DNA of 27,472 bases, taken from positions 1 through 27,472 of the forward strand of contig NW_021833321.1 in NCBI RefSeq assembly GCF_006345805.1, read 5' to 3'. Below, one piece after another: positions 21,430 through 27,472 of the stretch. Origin of the DNA: Octopus sinensis. Its lineage: Eukaryota. Made by a program: the position numbers and the translations under genes. The notes below the pieces were generated by a model that saw only the letters and a list, made by a program, of their open reading frames with translations, was not told where the DNA came from and searched no databases. Numbering within the stretch: the stretch's first letter is position 1; each line of letters opens with the position of its first letter.

Positions 21430-21520
21430 CTCTTTCATTCTCTCTCTCTCTCTCTGTCTCTCTCTCTTCCCCCTCTCTCTCTCTCTCTCTCTTTCATTCC
21501 TGTTTAACTCTCTGTCTTTC
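21430..21520. repeat. (CT)n/pyrimidine tract
   Basis: Direct reading. Confidence 0.9.
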
Positions 21521-21815
21521 ACTCAAATGCCAATTCTTTCTTCTCACTCTGAAGATATTTTCTCCACCACTGAATTAAGCAAATGAAATATTGACTTTCA
21601 TTATATTCAAGCAATTTAAAGTATTATTCCATGATTATGTGTATATATTACACCATATGCATATATATATATAGTATAGACATACGTACATGTTTATATA
21701 TATACATACAGATAGACAGACAAGCAGATAAATATATGATGTACATTTACTATATATACATGATGTACATTTTACTATATATATATGGCCGCAGCTCTGA
21801 GGTGAAACTAGAAAG

Positions 21816-21846
<31 letters not shown>

Positions 21847-22228
21847 TAATTTCTATATTCCTATATTAATATTTCCATATTTTTATATTAATATTTGTGT
21901 ATTTTTATATAATATACATAGATGGACTGATGGATGGATGGATAGATGTAGATATATAGATTGATGCGTGGGTGTGTAGTAAATGAGAAGGTATCAGATA
22001 ATACAGGCACAGGTGGCTGTATTATCTGATACACAGGTGGCTGCTATCTGAAATTGCATGTAAGGGAACCTCTCCTGCAGGAGCTAAAGTTTCAAGCAAC
22101 AGAAACTATAGAAGGTTTTTTACAATCACAATGTATAGTTGAAGAACAGAATAGCTGGCATGACATCTATTCCATGGTTAACAATTGTTTCGACAATGAC
22201 CAGGAAACAAATCAAACATCATGTATAT

Positions 22229-22616
22229 AGGCGCAGGAGTGGCTGTGTGGTAATGGTTCCGGGTTCAGTCCCACTGCATGGCACCTTGGGCAAGTGTCTT
22301 CTGCTATAGCCTCGGGCCGACCAAAGCCTTGTGAGTGGATTTGGTAGACGGAAACTGAAAGAAGCCCGTCGTATATATGTATATATATATATATGTGTGT
22401 GTGTTTTGTGTGTCTGTGTTTGTCTCCCTAGCATTGCTTGACAACCGATGCTGGGGTGTTTATGTCTCCGTTACTTAGCGGTTCGGCAAAAGAGACCAAT
22501 AAAATAAGTACTGGGCTTACGAAAGAATAAATCCCAGGGTCGAGTTGCTCGATTAAAGGCAGTGCTCCAGCATGGCCGCAGTCAAATGACTGAAACAAGT
22601 AAAAGAGTAAAAGAGT
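22229..22616 (+). mobile_element. SINE family A with 21-nt deletion in the tRNA-like head
   Basis: GTGTGGTAA is joined directly to TGGTTCCGGG. Remainder is near consensus. Confidence 0.95.
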
Positions 22617-22878
22617 ATATGCATGAAAATAAGGAAATAGTTAAACCTATTATGTAATTTGTATCATACAATAGGCTCTGCAGTCATTTAATCATAACCA
22701 AATGAACAAATGTAGCGCATAAACAAACTGGCTATTTCACTTAGATCCAATGCCCAATTTTCAGGCATTGGATTGTGAAGTGGGAGAAGTTAAATATAGA
22801 ATTTCAACAAGAAAACAGATGGATCACTTGTATTTTTTTGATATTGTAATCAGATAGGAACCAATTATCAATTTTCAG

Positions 22879-23148
22879 ACATCGCCTCGCCCCCGTGCCG
22901 GTGGCACGTAAAAGCACCATCCGTCTGTGGCCGTTTGCCAGCTCTGTCTGGCACCTGTGCGGGTGGCACGTAAAAAGCACCCACTACACACGTGGAGTGG
23001 TTGGCGTTAGGAAGGGCATCCAGCCATAGAAACACTGCCAGATCAGACTTGAGCCTGGTGCAGCCTTCTGGCTTCACAGACCCCAGCTGAACCGTCCAAC
23101 CCATGCTAGCATGGAAAGCGGACGCTAAATGATGATGATGATGATGAT
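22879..23148 (+). mobile_element. SINE family D, 5'-truncated, (GAT)n tail
   Basis: GGTGGCACGTAAAA(A)GCACC duplicated internally, GTTGGCGTTAGGAAGGGCATCCAGCC block, terminal (GAT)6. Confidence 0.8.
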
Positions 23149-23590
23149 ATCTGTTTATTCTAAGAAAAATCAGAAAAGCAGGCAGTTTTCAAAGAATCAG
23201 TGCATAGCAATTGAACACAATGTTGAAGGTTTCACAATAGTGGAATGAGAGAGCTGAGATGCAGACACGTTAGGCCACCAAGGAGATTTCCTGATGAGGT
23301 CGAAACACTATCCCAGTGATCCAGTGGTACTCTGAGCAAAGCTTGCAGATATGTTACATAAAGCTTAAAGAAACCAATTATGTCTTTTTTGTTTCTTATT
23401 GATAAACAACACGGCTCAAACTCTGTATGATAACCCATCCAGGGATATGATAGTTATTGTCAAAGAATATGAAATCTAGGTGTGGAAGGGAACTGTTTAC
23501 TGAACTCAATGTGTGTGTGTGAGCGCACACGCATGTGTGTGAGTGTGCATGTGTGTGCATGCATGTGCGCATGTGTGTGTGTGTATGTAT

Positions 23591-23738
23591 GGATCTTTCC
23601 TTCTCCTATGTTTCCAACAAAGAGCTCCGCTCGAAACGTTAAACCCTCCTTCTTTCCTTCTTTTCTGAGCGTCCAATAATACTATATTTGTTCCACGTCC
23701 TCGCGTTGTTGTGTTTTTTGGTGTTTTCTTGTTTGGAT

Positions 23739-23743
<5 letters not shown>
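23591..23743 (+). mobile_element. Penelope-like short repeat (copy 1, 5'-truncated) in microsatellite
   Basis: Colinear with 26096-26293. Ends GGATTAACT followed by (AT)n. Contains the decayed CC(A)AC(A)A..CGAAACGTT motif. Confidence 0.65.
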
Positions 23744-23786
<43 letters not shown>

Positions 23787-23788
<2 letters not shown>

Positions 23789-24023
23789 GTGTGGTCCAAA
23801 AATAGGTTTACAGTTATCATGTGAGCACTTTAAATTTCTTTTAAAATATTCTATTACATTTAAATTTCTGTCTTACATAATGAAAAGGGAGCTTGACAAA
23901 ATTAACTAAATTAGCATTGAATAATGGTTTGATATTTTTTTGTTTAATTAAGATCTAAACTGTTAATATATGAATATGAAAGAGATAGTTGAATAACTGT
24001 AAACCTACTTTTGGGTCACCCTG
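23787..24023. mobile_element. Tc1/mariner-type MITE (237 bp)
   Basis: 31-bp TIR matching 27/31, CAG(G/T)GTG..CCAAAA(A/G)TAGGTTTACAGTTAT. TA on the right, CA on the left. Confidence 0.88.
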
Positions 24024-24559
24024 TATAATGCACATACAATACTAAAGCAATACATCTTTATATTCGTCTATGTATATTTACACACAGATAAAATACTACA
24101 TGCATGCATTTGCATTTATATATATGTATGTATATGAGTATATCATATTAAGATATGTGTATATCACATCAAGGTTAAGTTATATATGCATATGTTTCTC
24201 TCAGTCTGCTTATGCATCAGAACCTCTTTTCAAATGAAGACAAAAATACTCATTAAGTGAAAACCAAAACATTATATATAGAACATTCCAGCTGTACGCA
24301 TATATCCTTATATAAATATAAATAAATATACATACATGCATACATGCACACACACACACACAAACACAGACACAGTCATATGCATGTACATGCATACCTA
24401 ACTTAATCTTGTGATTAAGACATGGTGATAATTAAGTACAACGATTTTACACAAGGTTTAGGTATGACTACAAAACAACAAAAATAAATAAAATCATTTA
24501 AGATATAGTAGTTGCTATAAATATACAATAGCTTTTACTGAAACCGGTCTTTGCAATAA

Positions 24560-24726
24560 CATATATATATATATAATAATAATAATAATAATATGAGGGA
24601 ATATATATATAGGTATATATATAATATATATTATAGATAGATATAATAATAATAATAATATGAGGGAATATATTATGTGTGTGTGTATATATCTATATAT
24701 ATATAGATATATATAATAATAATATG

Positions 24727-24763
<37 letters not shown>

Positions 24764-24780
24764 ATATATATATATATAAA
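24560..24780. repeat. (AT)n(AAT)n-ATGAGGGA unit repeated three times
   Basis: ATGAGGGA at 24593, 24660 and 24724. Confidence 0.85.
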
Positions 24781-25711
24781 CAGTAAATAATATATAGAAG
24801 TATAAAATATAATTGGAATCGGCAAAAATGACAAATAATGATTTTTTTTCATAACAAGACTATTTTGAGACATGGAGAAAAACTTGAAAAAAAAAAAGGT
24901 TCAAATTACAAAAAGACAAGTAATTAATATTATGCAAACTATTCTAGTTTTTAAAAAATCGTTTCCTGCAGATTTTTGGAAGATATTTGATTTAACGGAT
25001 GAAATGATTTGAAAATCAATATAAAGTCATTAACTGCTAGTGATGTATATAAAGATATAAGGGGGAGGATAATTTTAACATATTAAATTTGTGTAGAAAT
25101 TTTATAACATTGTAATCTAATTTTTTTTTATTTTATTTTATAGGGGTAAATGTGAAAACCAGAAATAGATCTTTATTCATTAACATTAGCAGAATTAGAA
25201 TTTAGGAAAATAGGTGATAAAAGGACAGGGTTATGAAAATGTTCATCAAAAATAATGTGGATAAAATAATGGATAAAGATTCAGGAAAAAATGATATCAT
25301 ATTGAGATAAATTTTATGAAATTGTTTGATCCTTTTTTAACTATTATAGTATTTTAGATTAATACGAAGGTAAAATATAGAATTGATACACTTAAAATTC
25401 TGAAAATTCTACGATATATAGCAACAAAAGGATTAAAGAATCTAAAATATTCACATGGGTGGAATGTAAATGTTAATGCAGAAAACAATCAACTGAAATT
25501 TTTAAATAATAATAATATAAAGACAACCAGAATATATGATAAAAGTTAATGTATCTTTTATTATATACTTGTTTTGGACGGAATTTATGGGATGACCTTA
25601 TATATATATATAATATATATAGATATATATATATTATATATATATATATAAGATATAATTATATATATATATATATATATAGATATATATATATATATAT
25701 TATATACACAC

Positions 25712-25880
25712 AGGTGTAGATGTGGTTGTGTGGTAAGAAGATTGCTTTTCAACCACATGGTTCCAGGTTCAGTTCCACTGCGTGGCACTTTGGTCAAGTG
25801 TCTTCTACCGTAACTTCGGGTTGACCAAAGCCTTGTGAATGGATTTGGTAGACGGAAACTGCAAGAAGCCTGTTGTGTGT
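25712..25880 (+). mobile_element. Older SINE family A, 5' half
   Basis: Diverged head and body. Its likely 3' half lies at 26349-26558. Confidence 0.85.
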
Positions 25881-25889
25881 AAGAACAAG

Positions 25890-26066
25890 TTTGGAAACCC
25901 AGATTCCTCCAACGACAGTTTGGTGTGTCCTGAAGAAGGCAATGTGCTGTTGAAATGGCCGCCACGTTCACCTGAGCTGACACCTTGCCATTTCTTTCTC
26001 AGGGAGGGCCTAGTCTATGTCTCCCCTCTTCCTGCAAGCCCAGAGGAATGTAAGCAGAGAATTAGG
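25890..26066 (+). pseudogene. Decayed Tc1/mariner-superfamily transposase fragment
   Basis: EEGNVLLKWPPRSPELTPCHFFL..LVYVSPLPASPEECKQRI matches the WPPRSPDLTPCDFFLWG..VY..P..SLEELK.RI motif around the third catalytic Asp. Here D is replaced by H, W by R, and upstream codons are frameshifted. Confidence 0.85.
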
Positions 26067-26095
26067 TTAAACTAAAACGTTGAACCCGATCAGTA

Positions 26096-26293
26096 TGTGA
26101 CCTCGTCTGTATCACTAGTGATTTTTTTCCCGTCTTCCCTTCTCGGGATCTTTCCTTCTCCTATGTTTCCGACGAAGAGCTCTGCTCGAAACGTCAAACC
26201 CTCCTTCTTCCCTTTTTTCCTGAGCATCCAATAATACTTTATTTGTTCCACGTCCTTGCGTTTTTTGTTTTTGTTTTCTTGTTTGGATTAACT
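26096..26293 (+). mobile_element. Penelope-like short repeat (copy 2)
   Basis: Shared with 23591-23743 and 27405-27472. Carries CCGACGA..CGAAACGTC and a T-rich 3' part followed by (AT)n. Confidence 0.65.
26165..26199 (+). ncRNA. Candidate minimal type I hammerhead-ribozyme-like motif (U4C variant)
   Basis: GTTT-CCGACGA-A-GAGC(TCT)GCTC-GAAAC-GTC-AAAC gives stem I, core, stem II, a palindromic loopless stem III and a GUC triplet. Confidence 0.45.
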
Positions 26294-26294
26294 T

Positions 26295-26348
<54 letters not shown>

Positions 26349-26349
<1 letters not shown>

Positions 26350-26558
26350 GTATGTCTGTGTTTGTTCCCCTATTATCACTTGACAACCAATGTTGGTGTG
26401 TTTCAATGTCTGTAACTTAGTTGTTTGGCAAAAGTGACCGATTGAATAAGTACTAGGCTTACAAAGAATAAGTCCTGGAGTCGATTTCTTCAACTACAAC
26501 CCTTTAAGGTGGTGCTCCAGCATGGCCACAGTCAAATGACTGAAAAGAATGAAGGAGT
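26349..26558 (+). mobile_element. Older SINE family A, 3' half
   Basis: Diverged tail sequence TGTCTGTGTTTGTTCCCC..CAGTCAAATGACTGAAA. Confidence 0.85.
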
Positions 26559-26585
26559 ATATGTGTGTATATATATATATTATAT

Positions 26586-26890
26586 AAAGGATTGTGGGTA
26601 AGGCCAAAACAATGCAAAGTAAATGTAAAGCAAATCCCATGAAAACAAATATATCAAGTATTGTACACTTAACTTGCATTCAATATTTCGGGGTTATGAC
26701 CCCATTTTCAGGAAACTAACGAATGTTGCTGATGTGCCACATTGGCAACATTTGTTTATTTCTTGAAAATGGGGTCATAACCCCGAAATATTAAATGCAA
26801 AGTAAGTCAACATTAATTCATATATTTGTTTTCTCGGGATTTGCCTTGCATTTACTTCACATTGTTCTGGCCTCACCCACGACCATTTTT
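26586..26890. repeat. Long fold-back inverted repeat (about 145-bp arms), probable MITE
   Basis: Arms are similar throughout. Perfect 29-bp match between 26682-26710 and 26764-26792. Confidence 0.9.
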
Positions 26891-26949
26891 ACAATATATA
26901 TTCTACACAATGCTCCACAGTAATTATTCCATTATAATATATATCTCTC

Positions 26950-27342
26950 TCTCTCTTTTACTTGTTTCAGTCATTTGACTGTTGCCATGCTGGAGCACCG
27001 CCTTTAGTCGAGCAAATCGACCCCGGGACTTATTCTTTGTAAGCCCAGTACTTATTCTATCGGTCTCTTTTGCCAAACCGCTAAGTGACAAGGATGTAAA
27101 CACACCAGCATCAGTTGTCAAGCAATGCTAGAGGGACAAAACAGACATACACATACATATATATATATATATATACATATATACGACAGGTTTCTTTCAG
27201 TTTCCGTCTACCAAATCCACTCACAAGGCTTTGGTCGGCCTATGGCTATAGCAGAAGACACATGCCCAAGATGCCACGCAGTGGGACTGAATCCAGAACC
27301 ATGTGGCTGGTTAGCAAGCTACTTACCACACAGCCACTCCTG
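26950..27342 (-). mobile_element. SINE family A
   Basis: Reverse complement of the consensus, missing only the first few head bases. Confidence 0.95.
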
Positions 27343-27401
<59 letters not shown>

Positions 27402-27404
27402 GTG

Positions 27405-27472
27405 TGTGACCTCGTGATTTCCGCCGGCGATTTTTTCCTCTGTCTTCCCTTCTCAGGATCTTTCCTTCTCCT
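27405..27472 (+). mobile_element. Penelope-like short repeat (copy 3, cut by window end)
   Basis: TGTGACCTCGT..GTCTTCCCTTCTCAGGATCTTTCCTTCTCCT matches 26096-26162. Starts in a (TA)/(TG) tract. Confidence 0.65.

Overview
AT-rich eukaryotic non-coding DNA, intronic or intergenic. The repeat landscape points to an octopus or other coleoid cephalopod; this is inferred from the SINE types and has not been verified. I can support no intact protein-coding gene. Nearly all tracked ORFs are artefacts of (TA)n/(CA)n microsatellites or recur because they lie inside a high-copy SINE. The window is dominated by tRNA-derived SINEs, labelled here A, B, C1/C2 and D; about 11 copies of family A carry an internal microsatellite. 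It also holds two non-autonomous Helitrons, piggyBac-, hAT- and Tc1/mariner-type MITEs, a decayed RTE LINE 3' end and a decayed mariner-type transposase fragment. Three copies of a Penelope-like short repeat sit in microsatellites. The most notable signals are a minimal hammerhead-ribozyme-like motif in that repeat, two long fold-back hairpins, inverted SINE pairs (candidate ADAR substrates), a YAG|GTAAGT site that is either a recursive splice site or a 10-codon first exon, a CpG/G4-rich unique island and an unexplained ~85-bp degenerate tandem array.
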